Shown: in pieces, positions 13,741 to 25,907 of the stretch
Layout: each line of letters opens with the position of its first letter
Numbering within the stretch: the first letter of the stretch is position 1
DNA from: Octopus sinensis
Lineage: Eukaryota
NCBI RefSeq assembly: GCF_006345805.1
Contig: NC_043012.1
Span: forward strand, 52,018,001 to 52,082,000
DNA length: 64,000 nucleotides
Reading direction: 5' to 3'
Translations under genes and position numbers: made by a program
The notes under the pieces: generated by a model
The model's input: the letters and a program-made list of their open reading frames with translations, nothing else
Database searches by the model: none
Told to the model about the DNA's origin: nothing

Positions 13741-15209
13741 CTTTGTCACACTGTTCCCTGTTTTTTAATACACTAGGTCCATGTTTGCTGTTTAGTAAAA
13801 GTTATTCCAAGTATGACGATACTATACATGTAAAGGTATTATAAGACTACATAAAGTATTGTTTTATTCTTATTTAAAACTGTTTGGTTTGATTTTAGGG
13901 GGGTTTAATGCGTCTTTCCAGCAGTTCAAACGACCACAGAGAGATATTTTCATTGGTTCGTACCATAATCTCCCTGTCTTTCACTCTTTTATTTAGCTCA
14001 TTTCTCTAACCGCCGTCTTATTTACTACTAACAGACGTTATTCTTTCAAACAAATTTCTTAGTCATGCATTTTACCGCTTGCTATTTCTGTCTGCTTATT
14101 TAGGCATTTCTGCTTCACTCTCTCACCCTCCTTATCTGCCTGTCTGCTTGTCTGTCTCTCTCTCTCACTATCTTTTTCACTTCCTCTTTGCCCCATCTTC
14201 ACCTCTATTCAATTTCTCTCTACAATTTTTCATATATAACTGCATTTATCAGCTGACATTTTTCTTCAATATCTCCTATTATATTCTCCAAGCAAACATG
14301 TATTTGACTCTCACAATTTTCTTTGTTTCTATTTTCCGTTTGTTTTATTACATTTAGTTTTGTACAATATTTCTCATTAACTACATTCATTTCTTCTTGA
14401 ATGTTGTTCTCATTAGACTGATCCATTCTAATATCTGACTCTTTTCCATGATAATGTGTTATTATTCATCTTGTTTCAGCTATTGGTTGTTTGTGTATTT
14501 ATAACCATTCTTAATGTAGTTACTATTGTTGTGTTTGGTATTATGAATATCCATTGAAAATTCTTGATCCCAATTGACACGAAGTCAGTGTAAAGACCAG
14601 CTTAAGATTTATTGCTCCTTATCTGTTCTAATACTCTTTCTAATCTCTGAGGATATTGCAACAGAGAAATAATGTACTACACTAATTTATAGAAATCGTA
14701 TGACATTAAACCTACCTCTTACTTGATTGATAAGAGCAACTTAGCTGGTAAATAGTAAATAGCCTTCATACGTGTTCAATGGATTCTCGGTCTTTCTTCT
14801 TAACGACCATTTATATCGGAATGTTCACACCGACAACGAGCAGTGCAATAGAAATTGAGAATATTAATGTTAGTTTCCAACCTATTTGTTTTAATTGTTC
14901 GCGTCATTTCAGAAGAAGAAGGCTATTTCCATAAAAAGCTCTCTGTTATGCATAGAGTGAGATATGAATTATTTGCTATCAGTGGCCATAGTTTAAAAGG
15001 ACATATGTTTTATAACAGTAGTTTATCTTGCCAGCTTAGATATTGTCTCATATTCTGTGACTAACATATGTCTTAACCAACAATATATGAATAATTATGG
15101 ACCACTTCGTGGAAAACAAAGAATAATAATGATTTATTTGAGAATCGTCCTTTTTATTAATACTTAATGTGTTGTTTCCGCGTTAGATCATATAATCTCT
15201 CTCTCTTTC

Positions 15210-15241
<32 letters not shown>

Positions 15242-16464
15242 GTTTAATACAGAAAGACAGAAGGATAGATTAAAACAATACTTTGCAGATTCGTGATATC
15301 AACATTTGAATTTCAGAAATAGGACACTTACAAGTTGAAAAATGAGACGCAAAACAAAGGAAATATCATCAACCAACGACGATGAACATAATTTTTAGTA
15401 TTTGCAAAGATGTCCTCATTGTTAATGGCACTATAAGATAAGGTATTTCACACTAAGTGCCGACTGTCTTTTCACAAGAATGTTCTTAGGAGTTTTGTTG
15501 TGAGAAGTGTAGAATCTAATGTTTCTAGCTTTGCTCTTGTCACTTGGAAACTAAGATTCTCAAAATTCCTTATAGACTAAATGTTGCGTTTGCAGACTGT
15601 TACCAGTCATCTAAGTTTACAGTTTTAGTCTGGTCACTCTTAACATTAATTTAGATTCGAAAAGAAGAAAAAAACAATCACGAGAGTTTCTTGTTTCAAG
15701 GTAGCACATAACAATATGCCGTATTCTTTAGAATGTTATCTGCAAAGTCTAACTCAGCGGTCTCTAAGCTGTTATATACTACTGTGCTTGATGAGTTATA
15801 CTACTATGATAAGCCCACCCAAGGACAATTCTAGTTTTGTTTTTTTCCTGTCAGGTTTGTTTACTAGTCTGTAGTGCAACACTTTCATTTGATTCGTAAA
15901 AAAACACTGTAGTTACATTTCTTACAGAAGGGTAATAGACAAAAGATCCCTTAATGAGAAAAGGATAGAGAGGAAATGAGAGAGAGAGGGGGGGTTGAGC
16001 AAGAGAATGGAAGGAGAATTGTCTCCAGTAGTTTATCGACCTCGAAAAGATGACAAGCAAATTTAGTAGCTTTTTCAGGATTCGAACACAGATTGCAGAA
16101 AGCGGGAAGAAAATGTAGATGTATCTCCGTCTATAAAGACTGTCAGCTTGCCGTGTCTCATTCATATCCCTACAATATATAAATGTTCAGCAGAAAACGA
16201 TTTCCCTTCACGCTGCTCTTATTGCACCAGTGATTGCAGTCGCTATCCAGAAAAACATATTACAAGCAGTTTGAAAATAAGAACGATATTTAAATAAATT
16301 CACAGATTCAAAAGAAAGAACACCGAACATTGCCTGGAAATTATTAGAAGTGAACTGAATAATTCAGTCATTCTTCCTGAGTTCAAATCCTGCGAAAACA
16401 CAATTATCTTTGATCCCCATGCTTAAAATTTGTTGAAATGTGGAAAAATTCATTCTTCAGAATA

Positions 16465-16617
16465 ATGGCTTTGCAGAATCGTTAGAGCGTCTTACAAATT
16501 GTTTGGTAATATTTTTTCGTTCTGAGTTCAAATCACAGAGGAGTCAATTTTTCCTTTCATCCTTCTGGCATCGATAAAATAAAGTACCATTCAAGTTCTG
16601 AGGTTATTGTAATCGAT
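16465..16617 (+). mobile_element. SINE family C, diverged
   Basis: gcagaatcgttag...gttctgagttcaaatc...gtcaa.tttcctttcatcctt..g..tcgataaaataaagtacca. Confidence 0.75.
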
Positions 16618-17884
16618 AAATTCGCATACTTTCCCAATTACTGGCCCGTACCTAAATTAGAAACGGTTATCTATGCACACATATTTGTATTTATTTTCAG
16701 AAGTTATGTTATATATTATTGCAGCTGAAATGTTTTGCCATATCCGCTCTTTTATCAGTAGAATTAATATAACACATTTATCCTGATGCTTTCTATCAAT
16801 GTTTTGCACGTGATTCTTGTTCCTTACATTTGTTTATGTTTAAAAGTATGTTATCTCATTTTAAAAAGCCAATAGTATTCGATCGAGAAGATATTACGTC
16901 CACAAGACAGCTTACGAAATAGCTGTTACCATGTCACTAGAAAGTGGGATGGCCGTCTAGAGAAATGAAGATTTATTACTAAATCAAACAAGTTTTAGAA
17001 ATTTGTCAAGGTGGCAAATTGATGGAAAAGATATCTATGTCCTGTGTCCTTAAAAATACCCCCTGCAGAGCAAAATTCCTAGACATTTTCGATTGTATTG
17101 ACAAGTACTGCTCAAGTTAGACAGCACTTATCGAATTCCTAGTGGAGAGATTTATATAGTATCGTTATAAACAAACATTTTAAATCAATGCTACGAAAGC
17201 GTGATTCTTTATTCTTTATATTCAAAAGAAAAGAAACTTATAAGATAATAATACCTTGCTTTTTTCTTCTTCTGTATAGTCGGAAGACAATCTACTCTTT
17301 GTACATCGAAACTTATCAGATTTCTAAAGTTGAAGGAACATTTATGAATTTATGTGAATTCTTATGAGAATTCTAAATATCGACTGTGTTATCTTCATTC
17401 TTGCAGTTTTAAGTAGCTAAACATGTTAGTAACAAAAGTGTTTTCGACTAATTTTCAATGAGTGTAAGTGTGTGACAGGCACCGTTTCTCATAAGTTAAG
17501 AAAAGTGGTGGAGCGAATTCCATAAAGCCGTTTCGGTTCCCGTTTACACAGAATTTATTTCGTTTATGCGTTTAATGCCAGGTGGAGAGAAATAACTCTT
17601 ACATAATATTATTTGTGGCACTGGTTGATAATTTATCCTGATTCTTTTGTAAGTAGACGATAAGTTGTAATAGAACTTATTTCGGATCCTCACAAAGAGA
17701 AGCTTTGCCATGGTTGCGGTAGAGAATCCATACGCTCTAAAACTGTTACATACAAAGTTACCATGAATTCAAATAGCATCGCTAAATTGCAACTCCAATT
17801 TGCCGTGATCTTCATTCACTCTCACTTACCATTTCTATATATCAGTATATATATATACATATATATATCTGTGTCTGTGTGTGT

Positions 17885-18095
17885 ATACACTGGGTGGTGC
17901 TGTAAATTTCCTGGGTTTAAATGTGTCACGAAAGGTCCAAGCTCGTTTACAGGGATTAAAAAAAATGAACGATTGCTGCAGTAAGGAGTGTGTGAATTTG
18001 AGAGGGGAGTATGTTGAATAAAATTATAATTAACTGAATCTCCTGTATTTTGATTTATCCAAAGCCAGGAGCATTATATTAGCACACCCTCGTAT
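17885..18095. mobile_element. Mariner-derived internally deleted element (MITE-like)
   Basis: Degenerate TIRs tacactgggtggtgctgtaaatttcctggg and ccaggagcattatattagcacaccctcgta, both with TA ends. The interior encodes a mariner C-terminus remnant (..ECVNLRGEYVE*). Confidence 0.65.
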
Positions 18096-18128
<33 letters not shown>

Positions 18129-18519
18129 GCTAGAGAGAGAGAGAGAGAGAGTGAGAGAGAGAGAGAGTGAGAGAGAGAGTGAGAGAGAGAGAGTGAGAGA
18201 GAGAGAGACTACTGATATAATACATTTCTTTGTGTATGTGTATAGGTATATATATGTATGTTATTATTATTGTTATTCAACTGTGTTAAATAACAATAAT
18301 AATTACAACAACAATAATAACAATAATAATAATGCATACACCCACCCACACACACACACACACACATACACGCTCACACAAGTAAGCACATGAATGCAAA
18401 ACAAGGTGGAGAAAAAGTACTCAAGTAACAAATGTAGTGTAATTGGCTCGCGTATGTCCGAGGAATGGTAAAGGGAAACTCTAAGTAACAGTTTGTGCTG
18501 CATTTAGTGTCTTTTGATT

Positions 18520-19674
18520 TATTATTCGTGTTTCTTAATATGTTTTGCTAAAATTGTTGTTTCTTTTCACATATCATCAGAAAAGGGTAATTAAAATTCA
18601 TTAAAATGACAGATCTATCGGACTTTCAAAGAGGTCAAATTGTTGGTGCTCGTATGGCAGGTGCTAGCTTAACGAAAGCAGCCGAAATGTTTGGTCTATC
18701 AAGAAGTTCTGTCTCGAAAGTAAGGACAACCTTTGAGAAAGAGGGGAAAACCTCCTCGTCGAAACAAAACTCCGTAACAAAACTAAACCTTTCAGACTCT
18801 TACGCGAATTGTTAGAAATTATCACAAAATTATAGCTCCCAAAATCCCTGCAGTGCTTAATGACCACCTCAAGAACCCAGTTTCCATAAAAACTGTTCAC
18901 CGGGAGCTGCACAAAGCCGGATTTTACTGGAGGGTAGCAATCAGAAAGCCACTACTTTCAAAAACAAACTTTTCAAAGCGTTTAGAGTGGAGTAAATACC
19001 TACAGAATTGGTCCCTAGAGCTATGGAAGAATGTTATATTCTCGGACGAGTTATCCTTTACCTTAGTTCCGACCAACAGCCGAGTATACGTGTAGAGATA
19101 GCCAAAAGAAGCATTTGACTCAGACTGCCTTCTTCCAACATTTTAATACGGAGGACGATCTGTGATGATCGGAATGGGGGCTATATCTTGGAAATCCGCC
19201 GCCCCAATGGCTTGCCTTCATGGCAGAGTTAATAGTCAAGTCTATGCATTTTATCAAATCGAATTCATCCTATGGTTGCAGAACTATTTCCGGAGGAAAA
19301 CGCAATCTTTCAGGTTCATAATGCACCAATTTACACATCTGAAGTTGTTACTGAATGGCACGAGGAACATTCTAGTGAAATTGAACATCTTATCTGGCCA
19401 CTACAGTCCCCAGACCTCAATATTATTGAACATTTATGGTGCATTTTGAAAAAAAAATTAAGAAGTCGATATTCTTTACCATCATCACTACGAGAACTGC
19501 AGACTGTTTTAGTTGAAGAATGGACAAAAATTCCTTTAGAAGCAATTAAAACTGTGTACGAGTCCATAACTCGCAGAATACAAGCTGTAATTACTTCCAA
19601 AGTATGTCCTACCCCATATCAAAATAAATTTGTTTGAAATTTTAAGGTGTTTCCATTATTTTGTCCAACCCCTG
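18520..19674 (+). mobile_element. Tc1 (DD34E) transposon, frameshifted transposase; right TIR present, left TIR not found
   Basis: MTDLSDFQRGQIVGARMAGAS (paired-like HTH), NVIFSDELSF (D1), FQVHNAPIY (D2 decayed) and SPDLNIIEHLW (E) across ORFs 18606, 18853, 19162 and 19272. TIR aaggtgtttccattattttgtccaacccctg at 19644-19674. Confidence 0.92.
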
Positions 19675-20184
19675 CATATATATATATATATGCATACATG
19701 TGCATACACACACACACGTATGGAGATAGATAGATAGGCACAGAAATGGGTGCATGCATGCATCTATGCGTGTTTGTGTGTGTGTGTGTGTGCATGTGTG
19801 TGCGTGCGTGTGTATGTAATGCATCTATGTATATGAGTGAGAAAGAGGCCGAGGGGAAGTGAAAATAATCAAGAAAGATTAACCATTCGTTCACAGCTGT
19901 CATTTTGCAACTATTGTTAGTCAAAATGGACATCCTACTTAAAGGTCAAGCTATAGGAAAGAAAGATTCAGTAAATGACAGCTATTTTACTGCGCTCCAT
20001 TACTACAAAATATTTTAGTCGCAGCTTTAGGATAGCATTTATCTCTCCGCCATTTCGTCTGGCCTCCAACGGATGCCACATCATATGCAGCCTTATGAGA
20101 AAGACGTATCTCGTAAGGCTGCGCCTTAAATAGAAGCATATAAATACCACTAAAACACATATGTACGTATGAGTATGTACGTAC

Positions 20185-21130
20185 TTACTTTTTCTGAGCA
20201 ATATACCAGCATTAGTGACCTTGACATCAGAATTATCATGGATGCCAGAAAGTTAATTCTGGCCCACGACGATTCCTTTTGGGGAAAGGAAAGAAGGTGA
20301 CCCATTTTTGGACGTATCTATGGGGAGATTTGATGGGGTCGAAATCGACGATCTCGTCGGGTTATACATCTCGGATACCCTCAAGAGACTACCTAATCTC
20401 TCGGCCAATATACAGATCTCTAATAGGGCTGCCCCAGCCCACGACAATGATGCTTTGGTTAGGAGCGGGTTTACTGAGCTCACGTATGTTCACAAACCCC
20501 AAACACCCTCTCAACCTAGCAGTTTCCACCAACATTTCTAGGGGCTTCCTGTCGTTAAGAAACACACCCCAAGAAGTATTACAAACGCTTCAACCCCTAT
20601 TATGTCAAACTGAACTACTCCTGCTTAAACAACACTGCATCTAATATCGTACGCATCAATAGACGTAAAAGTGATCCCACACCACCTCCATCCCCAACCT
20701 GCAACTTCTGAAACCCCACCATGTGCCCTGTAGAAGAATCTTGTATCTCAAGGTCCGTAGTATACAGAGCTGCTCTTACACAATCCAATTACTAGGACAG
20801 TTAATGACTTCAAGAGAAAATGCTCCCAGGATATGCACTCGTTCAGATCCAGGGATAGAGACAACTTTATTTCCTTGCCTCCTTTTCTCTGGAGACACTT
20901 AGATCTGCAAGATGAAATACGCAGCATCAAGTACATTATTGTCGAGAGAGTACCACCATATTCACCCGGCACCCCCATCTGCCAGCTCTGCCACCACGAA
21001 AAACTGCATATCCTCCAACATCCCACAGTATCCACCAAAAAGAAATACGATTTATTGTATTACTGCATATCTTCCCGTCTCTCTGAGGACGGAACTCTTG
21101 TCCGTCACAGGAATCGAAACTAAAATCTTA
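20185..21130 (+). mobile_element. Penelope-like element remnant: RT fragment plus GIY-YIG endonuclease C-terminus, internally deleted
   Basis: FSEQYTSISDLDIRIIMDARK...FLDVSMGRFDGVEIDDLVGLYI matches PLE RT ([22 protein letters not shown]). HSFRSRDRDNFISLPPFLW...ERVPPYSPGTPICQLCHHEKLHIL matches the GIY-YIG tail with CxLC. Confidence 0.85.
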
Positions 21131-21251
21131 CGATTATGCGTGTAATACCTCATCACGAAGCCACACGCTTCTACAGACATATACGCCTCTATTCCCACAC
21201 ACACAACACACTCACACACACAAACACACATTCATACAACAAATATTTACA

Positions 21252-21302
<51 letters not shown>

Positions 21303-21516
21303 TCAATATAGGGTGGCAAAAAATTTCGTAGAATTTATTTGCCACCAGCGGCCTAGTGGGAAAAAATTAAATAGTCATAGACCATTTATAAGTTCAACAT
21401 CACAATCAAGGAATGGCCATAATAGGCCATTCACCCACTAGAAATAACAGCCAAAGCTTCAACCGCAAAATAACATTAATTCCGCAAACCAGGAGAAAAT
21501 TAAAAAAACATTTACC

Positions 21517-21629
21517 CTGTAATTTCTTATACGATGCACCGTTTCATCTATTGTTTAATGGTAAACTAACCTGATTAAATTAAATCAAGCCAATCTTCCA
21601 TAGGCCGATAGATTCGTCAGTAAGAACAG
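21517..21629 (-). ncRNA. Type I hammerhead ribozyme, copy 1 (inverted)
   Basis: Exact reverse complement of 21815-21927; tcgtcag (CUGACGA) at 21614-21620. Confidence 0.85.
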
Positions 21630-21814
21630 CCAGATCCGAGCAGATATTATCACGAGGCACCTCTATCCCTGCCTCGGCAATATCTGACCTAAAATTTTCA
21701 AATCATCGCACTCGCGCCAAATTTATCGGCAGAAAATATAAGCCGCCGATTCCATTACGGAATTAACCACAAAATTCATAGAGGTGCCTCGTGATAATAT
21801 CTGCTCGGATCTGG

Positions 21815-21927
21815 CTGTTCTTACTGACGAATCTATCGGCCTATGGAAGATTGGCTTGATTTAATTTAATCAGGTTAGTTTACCATTAAACAATAGATGA
21901 AACGGTGCATCGTATAAGAAATTACAG
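21815..21927 (+). ncRNA. Type I hammerhead ribozyme, copy 2; predicted cleavage after GUA at 21914
   Basis: Stem I UUCUUA (21818-23)/UAAGAA (21915-20), extended by CUG/CAG. Core CUGACGA 21824-30. Stem II AUCUAU (21831-36)/AUAGAU (21893-98). GAAA 21899-902. Stem III ACGG-UGCA-UCGU. H17 = A. Confidence 0.88.
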
Positions 21928-22297
21928 GGTAAATGTTTTTTTAATTTTCTCCTGGTTTGCGGAATTAGTGTTATTTTGCGGTTGAAGCTTTGGCTGTTAT
22001 TTCTAGTGGGTGAATGGCCTATTATGGCCATTCCTTGATTGTGATGTTGAACTTATAAATGGTCTATGACTATTTAATTTTTTCCCACTAGGCCGCTGGT
22101 GGCAAATAAATTCTACGAAATTTTTTGCCACCCTATATTGATTAATTATGAATTTTCTGGTTAATTCCGTAATGGAATCGGCGGCTTATATTTGCTGCCG
22201 ATAAATTTGGCGCGAGTGCGATGATTTGAAAATTTTAGGTCAGATATTGCCGAGGCAGGGATAGAGGTGCCTCGTGATAATATCTGCTCGGATCTGG

Positions 22298-22410
22298 CTG
22301 TTCTTACTGACGAATCTATCGGCCTATGGAAGATTGGCTTGATTTAATTTAATCAGGTTAGTTTACCATTAAACAATAGATGAAACGGTGCATCGTATAA
22401 GAAATTACAG
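22298..22410 (+). ncRNA. Type I hammerhead ribozyme, copy 3; predicted cleavage after 22397
   Basis: Identical to copy 2, offset 483; CTGACGA 22307-22313, GAAA 22382-22385. Confidence 0.88.
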
Positions 22411-22526
22411 GGTAAATGTTTTTTTAATTTTCTCCTGGTTTGCGGAATTAATGTTATTTTGCGGTTGGAGCTTTGGCTGTTATTTCTAGTGGGTGAATGG
22501 CCTATTATGGCCATTCCTTGATTGTG

Positions 22527-22658
<132 letters not shown>

Positions 22659-22732
22659 CATTTATTGATATATTTATGTATGCATATTGCATGTTGTATA
22701 ATTTTATATATGCATTCATATAAATATATGAA

Positions 22733-23130
22733 CAGTAGTGGCTGTGTGGTAAGTAGTTTTTTTACCAACCACATGGTTCCGGGTTAAGTCCCTCTGCGTG
22801 GCACCTTGGGCATGTGTATTCTATTATAGCCTCGGGCCGACCAAAGCCTTGTGAGTGGATTTGGTAGATGTAAACTGAAAGAAGCCCGTCGTATATATGT
22901 ATATATATATATGTGTGTGTGCGTGTATGTTTGTGTTTGTCCCCCTAGCATTGCTTGACAACCGATGCTGGTGTGTTTATATCCCCGTCACTTAACGGTT
23001 CGGCAAAAGAGACCGATAGAATAAGTACTGGGCTTACAATGAATAAGTCCCGGGGTCGCGTTGTTCGATTTAAGGCGGTGCTCCAGTATGGCCGCAGTCA
23101 AATGACTGAAACAAGTAAAAGAGTAAAAGA
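22733..23130 (+). mobile_element. SINE family A, full length with internal microsatellite
   Basis: tRNA-like head, ...gacggaaactgaaagaagcccgtcg-type core, (TA/TG)n spacer, and tail ending gaaacaagtaaaagagtaaaaga. Confidence 0.92.
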
Positions 23131-24420
23131 TTATATATATAGGCGAAACAAATATATTTATAAGTAGATTACTAATTTAGTGCCTATCAATAAGACATGT
23201 ATTTTCTAGCACAAAAATAAATGGTATACACACACACACATACGCACGTACATTATCATGCTATGTAATATAGCGCACTTCATATCCTGAATAGATTGGT
23301 GTTTCTTTATAGCATGCGATCAGAGAGTAAGACATGGTTACGAGATACGAATATAGAAATTTTTCTGTATTCCTCATATGAAGAAAATACTATCTATTAG
23401 CTGATCTCTAGCGAAACATAATGAAACCCTAGTTATAGAATGGAGCCCAATATTTCTAATTCTATTCACAGTGAATTATATCAGCCATATCTTGAGGGTA
23501 TCTATAATTTTTATTTTTGTCACTTAAATACTGAAAAATTCTATTAGAATACCAACACTGTAGATCCTTTAATCTATATTAAGAAAATGTGTATATCATC
23601 CGTGTTTGCATGTAACCCGTCCATTTTCGTTATTGTCTGGAACATTTACCTAACAAAGATTCAATCCATATAAACTCTGCCGCGTCAGGAAATACAAAAA
23701 TTAATATCCTTATAGCAGATGTCTTAAGGTTTATGACGAATGTCGCAGGCCTTTGATAACACGTCCAGAATGACATTTATTGCATGTAGTTTTCTGGTTA
23801 CATAATTTTCTAGGATTAGAATATTAAAAATATCACAGAAAACGTTTGAGAGAATGAAGAAACATAGATTGCAATGAAAAATGTCATTCCACCATAGCAA
23901 ATATATCGAGATATTGATTGCAATGGTGACAATTATTTCGTTAGTGTAATATTTGTCCAGGTTATTAACTGTAGAAGTATATTACCAAACAAGTTTTTAA
24001 ATATTTCTCTGAAATAATACTAAGAATCAAAAAGGCAGAATAAGATAAATTGCTTAAAGCTATTATTAGTATACTGTACCCGGGAGGTCATGGATTGGCT
24101 GAATTTGTCGTGCCTTGTACGAAATGCTTTGAGTTTTTCTTCCGAATCGTTCCTTTCTGCGTTCAGTCCCGGCTGGGTCAATTTTCACTTCATTAATCCT
24201 GGTTTGGATCTCGGTTTAGATTATCACTCAACTAACGTAGCAGTGTAGAACTGGTGGCCTTGGGCCTAGATCAGAAATATTTCTATGGATAGGCGGAGAC
24301 CTTAAGACATTGAACGAATGGATTGGTGGTACTTACTTATTCTTTTTTTTTTAATTCTGATATGAAATCCTGTTGATGTTCAATTTGCTTTGTCTCCCTC
24401 AGAGATTCATTAATATAAAA

Positions 24421-24657
24421 TACCTGTTTCTTTACTACCCACAAGGGGCTAAACATAGAGGAGACAAACAAGGACAGACAAAGGGATTAAGTCGATTATA
24501 TCGAGTCTAATGCGTAACTGGTACTTAACTTATCGACCCCGAAATGATGAAAGGCAAAGTCGACCTCGGCGGAAATTGAACTCAGAACGTAATGGCAGAC
24601 GAAATACCACTCGGCATTTCGTCCAACCTGCTAACGATCCTGCCAGATCGCCGCCTT
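24421..24657 (-). mobile_element. SINE family C, full length
   Basis: Reverse complement aaggcggcgatctggcaggatcgttagc...ttctgagttcaatttccgccgaggtcgactttgcctttcatc; matches 47651-47883. Confidence 0.9.
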
Positions 24658-25361
24658 AATATAAAATATAAAATATCGTTCATGTATTCTGATGAATACC
24701 AGCAGCCACAACAAATTCATGTATTATTCATATGATGTGCTGACAAAAATTTGAAATCCGTTTCCTAAACACTTACTCTTTTACTTGTTTCCGTCATTGT
24801 ACTGTGCACACGCTGGGGCTCTGCATTCAAGAATTTTCAATCATTTGAAACACAAAACCTACCCTGGTCTAGTAGCATTTATATCGTTCTCTACTTTGCA
24901 TTATAGGTTGCTACTCAAGATACTGCAAAAGCCCCACCTCCCCATAAAAAAAAAACAAAAATAAAGCTCAGGTAAGCAAATTTACCTCAGTTGGATATGA
25001 AATCAGAAAACAGCATGCATTCAATACGACACTCCAGTATTCGAAGAATTCTCATGGTAATTATTGCGATTGTGATAAAATTCCATCTGACAACATTTGT
25101 TGTAATTTGTTCTGCCGGTACTGAACGTAATCATGCAAATACTTCTAAAATCAGTTAAGGATAAATTATTAAAACCTGAGTAAATTAAGATTAAATTCTT
25201 AAGAAATAGCAAAACATGTCACTTGATTCGAAAGAGATGAGCGTAACTACGAATGAATATAGGTTTCACATTTTGAAGCAAGGCCACCAATACATCGACC
25301 CCAGTGCTCAACTGGTCCTTTAAAATACAATTAAAATACAATTTAATGAAGTCGGTAATAA

Positions 25362-25793
25362 TTCTTTTACTATTTTACTTGTTTCAGTCATTTGACAGTG
25401 GCTATGCTGGAGCACCGCCTATTAGTCGAAGAAATCGACCCCAGAACTTATTCTTTGTAAGCCTAGTACTTATTATATCGGTCTCTTTTCCCCGAACCGC
25501 TAAGTTACGGGGACGTAAACACACCAGCATAGGTTGTCAAGCGATGTTTGAGGACAAACAGACGCACAAACACACACACACACACACACATACACATATA
25601 TATACATACAGAGAGAGAGAGAGAGAGATACGACGGGCTTCTTTCAGTTTCCATCTACCAAATCCACTCACAAGGCTTTGGTCGGCCCGAGGCTATAGTA
25701 GAAGACACTCGGCCAAGTTGCCACGCAGTGAGACTGAACCCAGAATCATGTGGTTAGTAAGCAAACTACTTACCACACAACCACTCCTACGCC
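25362..25793 (-). mobile_element. SINE family A, full length
   Basis: Reverse complement of the 22733-23130 structure. Confidence 0.92.
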
Positions 25794-25817
25794 TAACATT
25801 TAAAATTTATTCCTAGT

Positions 25818-25907
25818 GCAAAATGCTTAGCGGCATTTCGTCTGTCTTCTCGACCTGAGTTCAAATTCTGCGGAGGTTGATTTGCCTGTCATCCTTACGA
25901 GGTCGAT
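25818..25907 (+). mobile_element. SINE family C fragment
   Basis: aaatgcttagcggcatttcgtctgtc...ctgagttcaaattctgcggagg. Confidence 0.75.

Noticed and set aside
22208-22250. TGGCGCGAGTGC as a possible Pol III A box in the 483-bp unit
   Set aside because: No matching B box downstream, and the unit contains T6-T7 runs that would terminate Pol III.
21781-22263. Second (antisense) hammerhead in the unit, as in viroids or ambisense circular RNAs
   Set aside because: No CUGANGA core was found on the opposite strand of the unit by eye; other ribozyme classes were not excluded.
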